DNA of 64,000 bases. Origin: the human T2T-CHM13v2.0 reference genome, Homo sapiens. The position numbers and the translations under genes were made by a program. The notes beneath the pieces are model-generated. The model was not told the origin of the DNA, searched no databases, and was given only the letters and a program-made list of their open reading frames with translations. Below, in pieces: positions 1 through 14,431 of this stretch (position 1 is the stretch's first letter; each line of letters begins with the position of its first letter). The stretch is taken from NCBI RefSeq assembly GCF_009914755.1, contig NC_060931.1, one strand, 5' to 3'.

Positions 1-475
<475 letters not shown>

Positions 476-1460
476 CTAGGTTGCTTGAGTTTCTGATACC
501 CTCTGGGAAGACACTGCGTCCCTGTCGTCCAAAGGCGAGAGCCCGGAGTGTCTTGATGTGTGTGTTTCTGCAAGATGCGCAGCTCTGTGCCTGTGAAAGC
601 CTGGGGCATGACATTATTGGGCAGATTCGGTGGGAGGAGAGAGGTAAAATTGTCTTTGCACCCCATGGTAGTGCTGCTTCAGGTGTGGCTGGGCACGCAC
701 TGTCTGCCAAATAGCATTTTCATTGACTTTCTTATGATAAGAGGGCTGCCGTCGGGTGGGGAGTCACTTTCTTCTGGGATAGGGAGGCTCCTTCTCTCTT
801 AGGGTGGGTTCCCAGGGTTTGGGATAGCATTTGCTGAAAAACTCTAATTTTGATCATTCATTAATATGTTTCCACATGAAGTCAAGAGTGCCTATTTTAA
901 GAAAGCTCTTTTGTATGTTTTTAAGTAGATTTCCACTTTGTGGTCAGGTAATAGAAGTAATTTTTTTATTGTCAAATCTTCAAGACCAGAGGGATTTTGC
1001 CTTTGTTTTAAATTCCACAGACATTTCTAATATTTATTTTTATTCCTTTTGTTTCTGGTTAGGGCTCTCTTTTCATATAATAATTATTATTATTTTTAAA
1101 TTAGATGAATTTAAGACATATTTTCACATAATTATACCAGTCTGAACATGTTCGTTTTTCAGTTTCTTTTGAATTGAGAGGAAGTTGTGTTAACCTAATT
1201 TTAACATTATTGGTGGCTTGCGTGGCTTGGTTTTTCAGAATTGTCCTAACTTCCTTTCCTTTCATGCTAATTAAGCAGTTTCCCCCTGTATTTTTAATGT
1301 TAATATTTTCACTGTTGGTTGAAGGCTGGTGGTTCTCATCCAGTGTCCTTTTTGGAACCTTAATATGTAATGTTTGAGAATAGTAACAAGAAAGACCAAA
1401 ATACCACAAATTGTGTGTATATATTCGTCTTCTTATACTTTTGTTTCTGTTTGTTTCAAG

Positions 1461-1572
1461 GTGTAAAAAGATGGTTCCAGCTTCAAAGAGGTTCACTATC
1501 CATAGATCCTCTAATGTTCTTACACTTTCTCTGAAACGTTTTGCAAATTTTACCGGTGGAAAAATTGCTAAG
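1461..1572 (+). CDS. USP42: USP42 coding exon: [37 protein letters not shown]
   Basis: tttcaag| ... |gtatgt; 112 nt, phase-compatible; typical USP LxLxLKRF box. Confidence 0.95.
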
Positions 1573-1963
1573 GTATGTGGATGATGTCATTAATCATGTT
1601 TTATGTCGAGCCTTTCGAAGCTTAACGTGTCTGTAGCTATTAAGGATTAAGGACTCGACTTTCTCATGACAAAATTGCTAACTATTACCTACATTTGGGC
1701 TTCATTGTCTGTTTTGTTGGTACCCGTGGTTGTGAGGGGATACAGGGAGAGCCTGTATAATCTGAAATCCAAAGAGGACTTCCTGCTAGACTTTGCCAGT
1801 TTTCACCAAAGTTCATTTTGTCTTGTTTGTTTGTTTTCTGATTGGTAGTACACTGAATTTTCCCATTTTCTTCCCACTTTCTGAAGATTGAAAGTGGTCA
1901 AAAACTAAATAGCATGCAAGAGAAATAAACGATCCATTCCTGAATTATTAAAATTAAATAATC

Positions 1964-2388
<425 letters not shown>

Positions 2389-2427
2389 CTATCCTCCCGG
2401 TTAACCATGCCCTTTGAAAGGTGGCTA

Positions 2428-2771
<344 letters not shown>

Positions 2772-2891
2772 TCACAGGGCTCAGGTGTTCTGTGGGTCTC
2801 CCCTCCTAGGAAGCTCTAAGTACCCTCTACCTGAATATGTGGAATGATCTGTGCCCTCGGAAATGTTTCTCCTGTTTCCATTTCCTTCTAG

Positions 2892-3032
2892 GATGTGAAA
2901 TACCCTGAGTATCTTGATATTCGGCCATATATGTCTCAACCCAACGGAGAGCCAATTGTCTACGTCTTGTATGCAGTGCTGGTCCACACTGGTTTTAATT
3001 GCCATGCTGGCCATTACTTCTGCTACATAAAA
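2892..3032 (+). CDS. USP42: USP42 coding exon containing the catalytic His box ([21 protein letters not shown])
   Basis: ttctag| ... |gtaagc; 141 nt; canonical USP His-box motif. Confidence 0.97.
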
Positions 3033-3163
3033 GTAAGCTGTGCAGATTTGCTATTAACTATTGTTACATACATGCTATAAGACAGCAGTAGCATTCTTGG
3101 GGTAGGGAGAGGTGGAACTTTTACAGTTAAAATGTGAATACCCGAGGTAAAAATATTTCTCTT

Positions 3164-3450
3164 GGCCGGGCGCAGTGGCTTACTCCTGTAATCCCTACAC
3201 TTTGGGAGACTGAGGCTGGGGGATCACTTGAGGTCAGGAGTTCAAGACCAACCTGGCCAACAGGGTGAAACCCCGCCTCTATTAAAAATACAAAAATTAT
3301 CTGCGTGTGGTGGCACCTGCCAGTAATCCCAGCAGCTCCGGAGGCTGAGGCAGGAGAATCGCTTGAACCCAGGAGGTGGAGATTGCAAGATCACGCCACT
3401 GCACTCCAGCCTGGGTGACAGAGTGAGACTCCATCTCAAAAAAAAAGAAA
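3164..3450 (+). mobile_element. Alu (AluS-like)
   Basis: Full dimer; TSD aaatatttctctt. Confidence 0.95.
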
Positions 3451-3523
3451 GAAATATTTCTCTTGACTATGTTCCATGTTTAATTAAATCTAATCTCTCT
3501 CTTTTATTGGCTCTCATTTATAG

Positions 3524-3624
3524 GCTAGCAATGGCCTCTGGTATCAAATGAATGACTCCATTGTATCTACCAGTGATATTAGATCGGTACTCAGCCAACA
3601 AGCCTATGTGCTCTTTTATATCAG
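3524..3624 (+). CDS. USP42: USP42 coding exon: [14 protein letters not shown]...QAYVLFYIR, end of the USP domain
   Basis: ttatag| ... |gtattg; 101 nt; WYxxND and AYVLFY motifs. Confidence 0.96.
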
Positions 3625-3752
3625 GTATTGTCATGAAAACAAATTGCCAGATTTTCTGGTATGTCATTTCTTCTTGTCTTATCAACATGTTTGAATTCAA
3701 TATTCAGTGTTTTAAAAAAAAAAAAAAACCCAGCAGCTTAAAGATCAACTCT

Positions 3753-4047
3753 AGCCTGGGCATGGTGCCTCACGCCTATAATCCTAGCACTTTGGGCGGC
3801 CAAGATGGAAGGATCACTTGAGCCCAGGAGTTCGAGACCGACCAGCCTGGGCAACATAGTGAGACCACATGTCTACAAAATACGAAAAAATTAGCCAGGT
3901 GTGGTGTTGTGGGCCTGTGGTCTTATCTGCTCCGAAAGTTGAGGTGGGAGGATTACCTGAGCCTGGGGAGGCCGAGGCTGCAGTAAGCCATGATTGAGCC
4001 ACTGCATTCCAGCCTGAGTGACAGAGCAAGACTGTCTCAAAAAAAAA
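3753..4047 (+). mobile_element. Alu (AluJ-like)
   Basis: Full dimer plus A tail. Confidence 0.9.
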
Positions 4048-5114
4048 CCAAAAACCATCAACTCTGCCATGTGCCTGGAGAGTAAGAAAGGTAGTGTCTG
4101 AGCGGGATGATGAGTTTGCTCCGCATCGCACTCTGTGGCCATGAGCACTGAAGGTGCAGCTGCAGGGAGAGGTGGTGGCTGACAAGGGTGGGCTTCTGCT
4201 GCGGGCAGTAATGGAGTGGGCCAGGAGCCACAGGACAATGAGTGGAGACCTCAGGAAGGGACCTCTGAGCACCTGGCGTGGTCACAGCCAGCACCTCCCA
4301 ACCTGGAGCACAGGTCAGTTGCCTTCCAGGCCAAGGCCAGCACCCGCACCCAGCTCTGTCCTGTTGTGGCTGCATACGCTTTTCACTCACTCACTCGCTC
4401 CATTTTTGGAAAAAATGTTTGATAGCTGAAAATCAAGAATATTCTCAAATGTCCAACTGGCAGAATGCTCATGTCTGCACATTGAAATATTAAACACTGG
4501 CATTGGATTTCGGCAGTTGGGCTGAAGCACAGATGATGATCAGAGGAGGCCTCAGGCCAAGTTGAGGGGTAGGATTTTGTTTCTAACTTTTTTGGACACT
4601 AGATTTTCCACAGTGGCATATATTTATAATTAGAAAAATATAAGCCTGGGCAACAAAGCGAGACCCCATTTCTACAGAAAATAAAAAAATGAGCCAGGCG
4701 TGGTGGTGCATGTCTGTGGTCCCAGCTACTCAGGAGGCTGAGGCAGGAGGGCAAGGCCACAGTGAGCAATGGCTGTTCCTCTGCAGTCCAGCCTGGGCGA
4801 CGCAGCAAGACCCTGTCTCAAAAAAAGGAAAATATAAATAAACAGAAAAGAAATACCTTTCAGATGAAACAGCATCTTCAGAAAACACAGTTTAAAGAAC
4901 GTCATTTACCCAGTTATCCTTGTTGTCTCCTGATCTGAGTGCCTGACATTAGCCTGAAGGAGGGGATGTGTATAGCTCCATACTGTGTAGCATAAACATG
5001 CTATTTTTTTCATCAGGTTTCCGCCTGAGGGGTTAAATGCTGTTGACTTTGTAAATGAATCTCTCCTAAGGAGGTGTCCTGTGTCACCCTAAGTATCGCT
5101 CTCCTTGTTTCCAG

Positions 5115-5268
5115 GTCCCATGATGTGAAAAATGGAGGTGAACTTACTCATCCCACCCATAGCCCCGGCCAGTCCTCTCCCCGCCCCGTCATCAGTCAGC
5201 GGGTTGTCACCAACAAACAGGCTGCGCCAGGCTTTATCGGACCACAGCTTCCCTCTCACATGATAAAG
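5115..5268 (+). CDS. USP42: USP42 coding exon: [19 protein letters not shown]...PSHMIK
   Basis: ttccag| ... |gtaaca; 154 nt, phase-compatible; overlaps ORF 5074..5319. Confidence 0.94.
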
Positions 5269-5431
5269 GTAACAGTCCTTAGGGAGAAGAACATTTTTAT
5301 GTTAATTTTTAAAATGTAACTTCAAACTCTCAAGTTGAATTGTAGTGGTTGCTGTGTCCTCAAATACATCTGAATTTCTTCTCACAGTTTAATCAAACCC
5401 TCTTACACAGTATTTCAAATATACAGAAAAC

Positions 5432-5810
<379 letters not shown>

Positions 5811-6958
5811 TTAGGTCCCCTCTGGACTTCCATTCTTCTCAAAGGGTTAAACACTTGGAGATTCTTTAATTCCTGTCGGATTGCAGGAAAGCGATCTGTT
5901 TACAAGAACACGTTTGTTAGGTCCATTTAGTCGTTTCAGGGGTGTGGTGTTTCTGTCTGCTCTCCCCCTGGGTTTGATTTTACTCCCTGTTGGTCCTGTC
6001 GGGGCGAACAGTAGTGAGCTAGTGTCACAAGGAACACAGGATTCTAGAGTGGGGGCCTCATCTGAGCTGTGGCATCTTCACAGCTTTTCGACTTGAGTTT
6101 GTTTTGGATGATCACACACACGGTCTAGCTGCATGCTTTATTTTATGGACATCAGGCAGTATATTTGAGGTATAACAGAGTCACACATCAAATGCCCAGC
6201 GGGCTCCCCTTTTGGGCTCTGCTCCAGAGTGACATCAGGACTCTGGCAAACAGGAGGGCATGTGCCCTGTAGGAAGGGGTGGTTGGCATTGCTTTTCCAA
6301 AGCCTGTTTTTGTTTTTACCATGAAGCTTTCCAGTGTTAGGATGGCAGCTAATTCAGGTATGTGAGGAGACGCTGGGAAGGCCACACGTGATCTGTTAAC
6401 TGACTTTCACGCCTGCGCCTCCACGGGGGTGCAGCAGCCATGGGGGAACCTGCAGCGAGTCTCACTGCGTGAGGAGAATGTGGAGACGTTGTGGGGCAGT
6501 GGTGGGGTCATGGCTGAGTGAGTGGCGGCTGAAGCAGCCCCTACTCTCCGCCCACGTGACCGTCTCCTTTGCTCCGAGGCGAGGGTGATTCCTCCTTCCT
6601 GGCACTCTGCATCAGCGAGCTCCCAGGAAACCCAACCAGGTAGCAAGTGTGTGACTCCATGCCACAGGTCCTGCTGATTTCGATCAGATCTGGGACAGAA
6701 CGAGTTTGGTCGGAGGATTGTTTTCTGTGAAACATGTATGTCCTGTTTGTTGATTTATTGCCAGAAAACTAGGGCCTGTGGAAAGTATGCGCGGGTAGGA
6801 GGGATTGAGAAAAACAGAGAACATTTCCAGGTGTATGAAACTTGTTAGTCCTGAAAAAAAAAAAAAGCAAAATGGGAAGGACCCATCAGCCAAAATGGGT
6901 TCTGTTTGTGTGACCATGTTTCTGGAGCTCTGACCAGGTGCGCTCTGCTTACTTCCAG

Positions 6959-7678
6959 AATCCACCTCACTTAAATGGGACTGGACCATTGAAAGACACG
7001 CCAAGCAGTTCCATGTCGAGTCCTAACGGGAATTCCAGTGTCAACAGGGCTAGTCCTGTTAATGCTTCAGCTTCTGTCCAAAACTGGTCAGTTAATAGGT
7101 CCTCAGTGATCCCAGAACATCCTAAGAAACAAAAAATTACAATCAGTATTCACAACAAGTTGCCTGTTCGCCAGTGTCAGTCTCAACCTAACCTTCATAG
7201 TAATTCTTTGGAGAACCCTACCAAGCCCGTTCCCTCTTCTACCATTACCAATTCTGCAGTACAGTCTACCTCGAACGCATCTACGATGTCAGTTTCTAGT
7301 AAAGTAACAAAACCGATCCCCCGCAGTGAATCCTGCTCCCAGCCCGTGATGAATGGCAAATCCAAGCTGAACTCCAGCGTGCTGGTGCCCTATGGCGCCG
7401 AGTCCTCTGAGGACTCTGACGAGGAGTCAAAGGGGCTGGGCAAGGAGAATGGGATTGGTACGATTGTGAGCTCCCACTCTCCCGGCCAAGAAGCCGAAGA
7501 TGAGGAGGCCACTCCGCACGAGCTTCAAGAACCCATGACCCTAAACGGTGCTAATAGTGCAGACAGCGACAGTGACCCGAAAGAAAACGGCCTAGCGCCT
7601 GATGGTGCCAGCTGCCAAGGCCAGCCTGCCCTGCACTCAGAAAATCCCTTTGCTAAGGCAAACGGTCTTCCTGGAAAG
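6959..7678 (+). CDS. USP42: USP42 coding exon, Ser/Asn/Pro-rich region (240 codons)
   Basis: cttccag| ... |gtgagt; 720 nt, phase 0/0; ORF 6938..7759. Confidence 0.95.
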
Positions 7679-7787
7679 GTGAGTGCACGTCAGGGTCTTC
7701 AGCCTCGTTTGTGGCGGTTCCCTTGGCTGGATTTCAGGAGGCATGGAGCTGGCGACTGAAGCTGAAATATTTTTGTTTTTATTGCAG

Positions 7788-7882
7788 TTGATGCCTGCTC
7801 CTTTGCTGTCTCTCCCAGAAGACAAAATCTTAGAGACCTTCAGGCTTAGCAACAAACTGAAAGGCTCGACGGATGAAATGAG
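7788..7882 (+). CDS. USP42: USP42 coding exon: [31 protein letters not shown]
   Basis: ttgcag| ... |gtaacg; 95 nt, preceded by a 109-nt intron. Confidence 0.94.
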
Positions 7883-8264
7883 GTAACGTAAGAGTACATC
7901 TGAGGCACGTGTGGCAGCATAGTAGGAAATCCAGTAGCCTCCAGATGTGTCAGTATTTGAATGCTGTAGAAATTTTATAATGAACATTTTGAATCCTAGA
8001 ATGATTTGAATTATAATGTATAGGATTTATTAACTTGCCTTTTAGAAGAGTAAAGAAAAAATGTGGCATACAGGACTGAGTCCACGGAAACTTGATGTAC
8101 TCACCATGCTATTTCTCCTCCTGCGTGGCCACCTCTCTCTGGTTAGCGGTGTTACTGGCACGCCTTCAAGTGCCATCTCATTTCATCTTTCTCATGAGAA
8201 ATGATGATGTGAGGGTGTGCTGAGGGTCTAGGCCAGGGCTCTCAGTCCTGTGAAGAAGCACATA

Positions 8265-9346
<1,082 letters not shown>

Positions 9347-10354
9347 TACTTTGTAAAGGCCCTTCAAGGATTCTGAAATTATAGATAATAAAACCTGCCC
9401 CACAATTTAAAAAAAAAATCATGTCATGTTAGTGAAGAATGTGAATGTAACGTTGGTCAGGAGTGAGAGGAAGGGAATTTGTCATGCAGCGTCAGTGGCT
9501 TCACCTCGCAAAGCAGCAGCAGGACGGCCCCGTGGCGAGAGGCTGTGCAGGCGGTGCTTGCATCTCTGCACAGGTTGGCTGTGAGTGACAGCTCAGAGTG
9601 CGGCCGGATGTCACCATACTCGGTGCCAGGCGCGGGTTCATCATCAGGAAGTCGTGTTCTCATGGCGAACAACTTCTGGTGAAGTTCTGATCAAATCACA
9701 GCATGAGCGACTCTAGATTTATATACTGGGTGCCTTCCTGGAAACGTCAGTGTCAGTGAAAACCGTGCCAGTGACACACCCGTAGTTTTTACCCGCACGG
9801 TTGTTGGCACTCACCTGTGGGGGTGCTGTTCATGCTGGCGGGGCTCCCATCACTGTGGCAACCCCAGAATGGCCCCCGGCGGGTGGGAGTGCCCTCACTG
9901 AGGCCCTCTGTTAGGAGGGCGTAGATATTAAACCGGAATGGGGCGAACCCTGTGGGCAGGGAACACTCATTCCCAACCTAAGGATAGGCCAGCTTGGACA
10001 CTCGCTCCCTCGGCCAGGGGACTCTGGCCTCACCTAGGCCAGGTAGCGTGAGGGTGAGGTAGGTGGCTGTGCAGACAAGCCCAGGCCACAGCAGCTTTCA
10101 TTATTAACCCCGAGGATATATCGAAAGCTCTGCGGGAATCAAAGGACAAAGTTAATTTACTACAGAACGTTTTGCTAAAGCCTCTGATTCCTCATAATTT
10201 GTCAGTAATTGGAGGAGCTGCTGGCTGTGTTTGGAGGTGGCCCCTCTACCTTTGAGGGTCCAAGAGAAATCAGAGAAAGGGAGTCGAGAGGAAAGGAGGA
10301 GGCCCTGTCATCACTGGACTTTTTTTCTTTAGTCTTAGTTATTAGGAAGAACTA

Positions 10355-10707
<353 letters not shown>

Positions 10708-10904
10708 CTAGAGGGATATCCAGAAACAGGAAGAGCCTAGAACTCTAGGATTATTGTTTTGAAAAATAGGCTAGGAGCTGGGCTTGATGATATAACATTT
10801 TATTTTTATTTAATAAGGGAAAGAGAAAATTGGGAGTTTCCAGAGATAGTAGTACTAGCCTAATATTGGGCTTCGGCGAGATGTATTTAAAGAGACGAAA
10901 TAGC

Positions 10905-11020
10905 TGCTAAATGACGAGTTAATGGGTGCAGCACACCAGCATGGCACACGTATACATATGTAACTAACCTGCACATTGTGCACATGTAGCCTGAAACTTA
11001 AAGTATAATAATAATAAAAT
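10905..11020 (+). mobile_element. Severely 5'-truncated L1PA (about L1PA3-5) 3' end with a 16-bp TSD
   Basis: tgctaaatgacgagttaatgggtgcagcacaccagcatggcac...cttaaagtataataat; TSD AAAGAGACGAAATAGC at 10889-10904 and 11021-11036. Confidence 0.93.
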
Positions 11021-11131
11021 AAAGAGACGAAATAGCAAATGAACGTTTTGAAGTATTTGTCCTTGTAATGCAATGACATGAGCCTGTCAAGCCCACGCTA
11101 ACGGGCGTGTTTGTTTGTTTGGGGGCTGCAG

Positions 11132-12571
11132 TGCACCTGGAGCAGAGAGGGGCCCTCCCGAGGACCGCGACGCCGAGCCTCAGCCTGGCAGCCCCGCCGC
11201 CGAATCCCTGGAGGAGCCAGATGCGGCCGCCGGCCTCAGCAGCACCAAGAAGGCTCCGCCGCCCCGCGATCCCGGCACCCCCGCTACCAAAGAAGGCGCC
11301 TGGGAGGCCATGGCCGTCGCCCCCGAGGAGCCTCCGCCCAGCGCCGGCGAGGACATCGTGGGGGACACAGCACCCCCTGACCTGTGTGATCCCGGGAGCT
11401 TAACAGGCGATGCGAGCCCGTTGTCCCAGGACGCAAAGGGGATGATCGCGGAGGGCCCGCGGGACTCGGCGTTGGCGGAAGCCCCGGAAGGGTTGAGTCC
11501 GGCTCCGCCTGCGCGGTCGGAGGAGCCCTGCGAGCAGCCACTCCTTGTTCACCCCAGCGGGGACCACGCCCGGGACGCTCAGGACCCATCCCAGAGCTTG
11601 GGCGCACCCGAGGCCGCAGAGCGGCCGCCAGCTCCTGTGCTGGACATGGCCCCGGCCGGTCACCCGGAAGGGGACGCTGAGCCTAGCCCCGGCGAGAGGG
11701 TCGAGGACGCCGCGGCGCCGAAAGCCCCAGGCCCTTCCCCAGCGAAGGAGAAAATCGGCAGCCTCAGAAAGGTGGACCGAGGCCACTACCGCAGCCGGAG
11801 AGAGCGCTCGTCCAGCGGGGAGCCCGCCAGAGAGAGCAGGAGCAAGACTGAGGGCCACCGTCACCGGCGGCGCCGCACCTGCCCCCGGGAGCGCGACCGC
11901 CAGGACCGCCACGCCCCGGAGCACCACCCCGGCCACGGCGACAGGCTCAGCCCTGGCGAGCGCCGCTCTCTGGGCAGGTGCAGTCACCACCACTCCCGAC
12001 ACCGGAGCGGGGTGGAGCTGGACTGGGTCAGACACCACTACACCGAGGGCGAGCGTGGCTGGGGCCGGGAGAAGTTCTACCCCGACAGGCCGCGCTGGGA
12101 CAGGTGCCGGTACTACCATGACAGGTACGCCCTGTACGCTGCCCGGGACTGGAAGCCCTTCCACGGCGGCCGCGAGCACGAGCGGGCCGGGCTGCACGAG
12201 CGGCCGCACAAGGACCACAACCGGGGCCGTAGGGGCTGCGAGCCGGCCCGGGAGAGGGAGCGGCACCGCCCCAGCAGCCCCCGCGCAGGCGCGCCCCACG
12301 CCCTCGCCCCGCACCCCGACCGCTTCTCCCACGACAGAACTGCACTTGTAGCCGGAGACAACTGTAACCTCTCTGATCGGTTTCACGAACACGAAAATGG
12401 AAAGTCCCGGAAACGGAGACACGACAGTGTGGAGAACAGTGACAGTCATGTTGAAAAGAAAGCCCGGAGGAGCGAACAGAAGGATCCTCTAGAAGAGCCT
12501 AAAGCAAAGAAGCACAAAAAATCAAAGAAGAAAAAGAAATCCAAAGACAAACACCGAGACCGCGACTCCAG
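11132..12571 (+). CDS. USP42: USP42 large coding exon: Pro-rich, then Arg/His-rich, then Lys-rich low-complexity region
   Basis: ctgcag| ... |gtgagc; 1440 nt, phase 2/2; ORF 11115..12575. Confidence 0.96.
11140..12340. promoter_or_regulatory. Intragenic CpG-island-like region over the large USP42 exon
   Basis: Visibly dense CpG and high GC compared with flanks (not computed). Confidence 0.7.
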
Positions 12572-13137
12572 GTGAGCCTGGGGCCTTGTGCTCCCCGAGG
12601 CGCTGGCGCTGCTGTCAGCAGTGGGGCCTGTCCCTTCTCACTCGACTCAGGAACAAGTGACCAGCCAGGCCACAGTTGTATCCGTCTGATTTGTGTCTTT
12701 CATTTCTGTGGGTTTTGAGAGTTCACTATTTTTACAGATTTGTAAAAATTTGCCCTGCTTTGAAGCTGTATCTTTATTCTTCATGGTGTCGTTAAATGCC
12801 TAACAACCTTCTTTTTCAAAATGATAGTGCCATTTTTGGTGAATGCTTTATAACTCTTCCAGGAGTAAGCATGCAGTGTTCCATCAATGAACAATTGGGA
12901 GTCTTTGACCTTAGAATTGGTGTTAATATTCTTACTTGTCAGATGTAGTTATGTTTTCATATCTGTTATATTTTCCTGAAATTCAGTGGCTGTGAGGGAG
13001 GCAGACAACAGGAGGCACACTTTTCCTGTGCCTGCCCGCCTGCCCAGCGTAGGCATCGGAGACACCTTCGTTTCCTCGGCCTTTGTTTTTGTCTCCATTT
13101 TTCAACTTGAAATCCAATTGGGAAATTTGCTTCTGTA

Positions 13138-13416
13138 TTTTTTAAGAGACAGGGTGTTGCTCTGTCACCCAGGCTGGAGTGCAGTGATGCCATCATAACT
13201 CACTGCAGCCTTGACCTCCTGGGCTCAAATGATATTTCTGCTTCAGCCCTCAGCCTCTGGAGTAGCCGGGACTGCAGGCGTGTGCTACCATCCTCAGCTA
13301 ATTTTTTATTTTTGTAAAGACAGGATCTCACTATGCCGCGCACGCTGTTCTCAAACCCCTAGACTCAAGCGATCCCAAAGCACTGGGATCACAGGCATGA
13401 GCCACCTCACCTGGCC
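13138..13416 (-). mobile_element. Alu (AluJ-like); a further antisense right arm lies at 13839-13990
   Basis: Antisense dimer. Confidence 0.9.
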
Positions 13417-13805
13417 TGTTTTTGTATTTTTAAAAAGCTAAATTGGTTGGTGATTGTCTTGAAAATGACGTATCCATGATGAGATGGATGAGCAGGAGCA
13501 GAATTAGTAATTTTAGTTGACATCTCTTGAAACTGAAACCCTGGGAAAGATTACCAAAAGCCATATGGAAAATAGGCAGTGGTTATTGGAGGGAAAAATA
13601 ATATTGCTGCCAGGTGTCTCAGGCACATGGGAGGGAAGGAGGCTTAGTATTTCCTTTCCCTTCAAGTAACTACTGGTTTCGGGAAAAGTTAGCAGAATCC
13701 TCCCTGCAGTGTTTGTCCAACAGCCTTAGTTCCTGAGAAAGCTGAAGCAGAGATGGGACTGTTCAGGATGGAGCTAAAGTTGGTGAATTTATGGCCCTGG
13801 ACTGA

Positions 13806-14006
<201 letters not shown>

Positions 14007-14129
14007 TAAGAATTGTGCGTGTCTGCACAGTGAATGTTCTCGGTGAATGGGTGGAAAGGCCAAGCTCCAGGGTCTGCTGCTGGTGGTTTTGTGTTTTAGG
14101 GTTTTGAATTCTGGCTTTTCCTTCTGCAG

Positions 14130-14431
14130 GCATCAGCAGGACTCAGACCTCTCAGCAGCGTGCTCTGACGCTGACCTCCACAGACACAAAAAAAAGAAGA
14201 AGAAAAAGAAGAGACATTCAAGAAAATCAGAGGACTTTGTTAAAGATTCAGAACTGCACTTACCCAGGGTCACCAGCTTGGAGACTGTCGCCCAGTTCCG
14301 GAGAGCCCAGGGTGGCTTTCCTCTCTCTGGTGGCCCGCCTCTGGAAGGCGTCGGACCTTTCCGTGAGAAAACGAAACACTTACGGATGGAAAGCAGGGAT
14401 GACAGGTGTCGTCTCTTTGAGTATGGCCAGG
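14130..14431 (+). CDS. USP42: USP42 coding exon HQQDSDL...[11 protein letters not shown]...FEYGQ; read-through of the donor extends to stop 14461-14463 (...[10 protein letters not shown])
   Basis: ctgcag| ... g|gtaaga; 302 nt; ORF 14047..14463. Confidence 0.94.

Noticed and set aside
11400-12449. 349-aa antisense ORF, plus the 268-aa alternative-frame ORF 11545..12351
   Set aside because: Shadows of a very GC-rich coding exon where stop codons are rare; no domain-like content or independent splice or promoter evidence.
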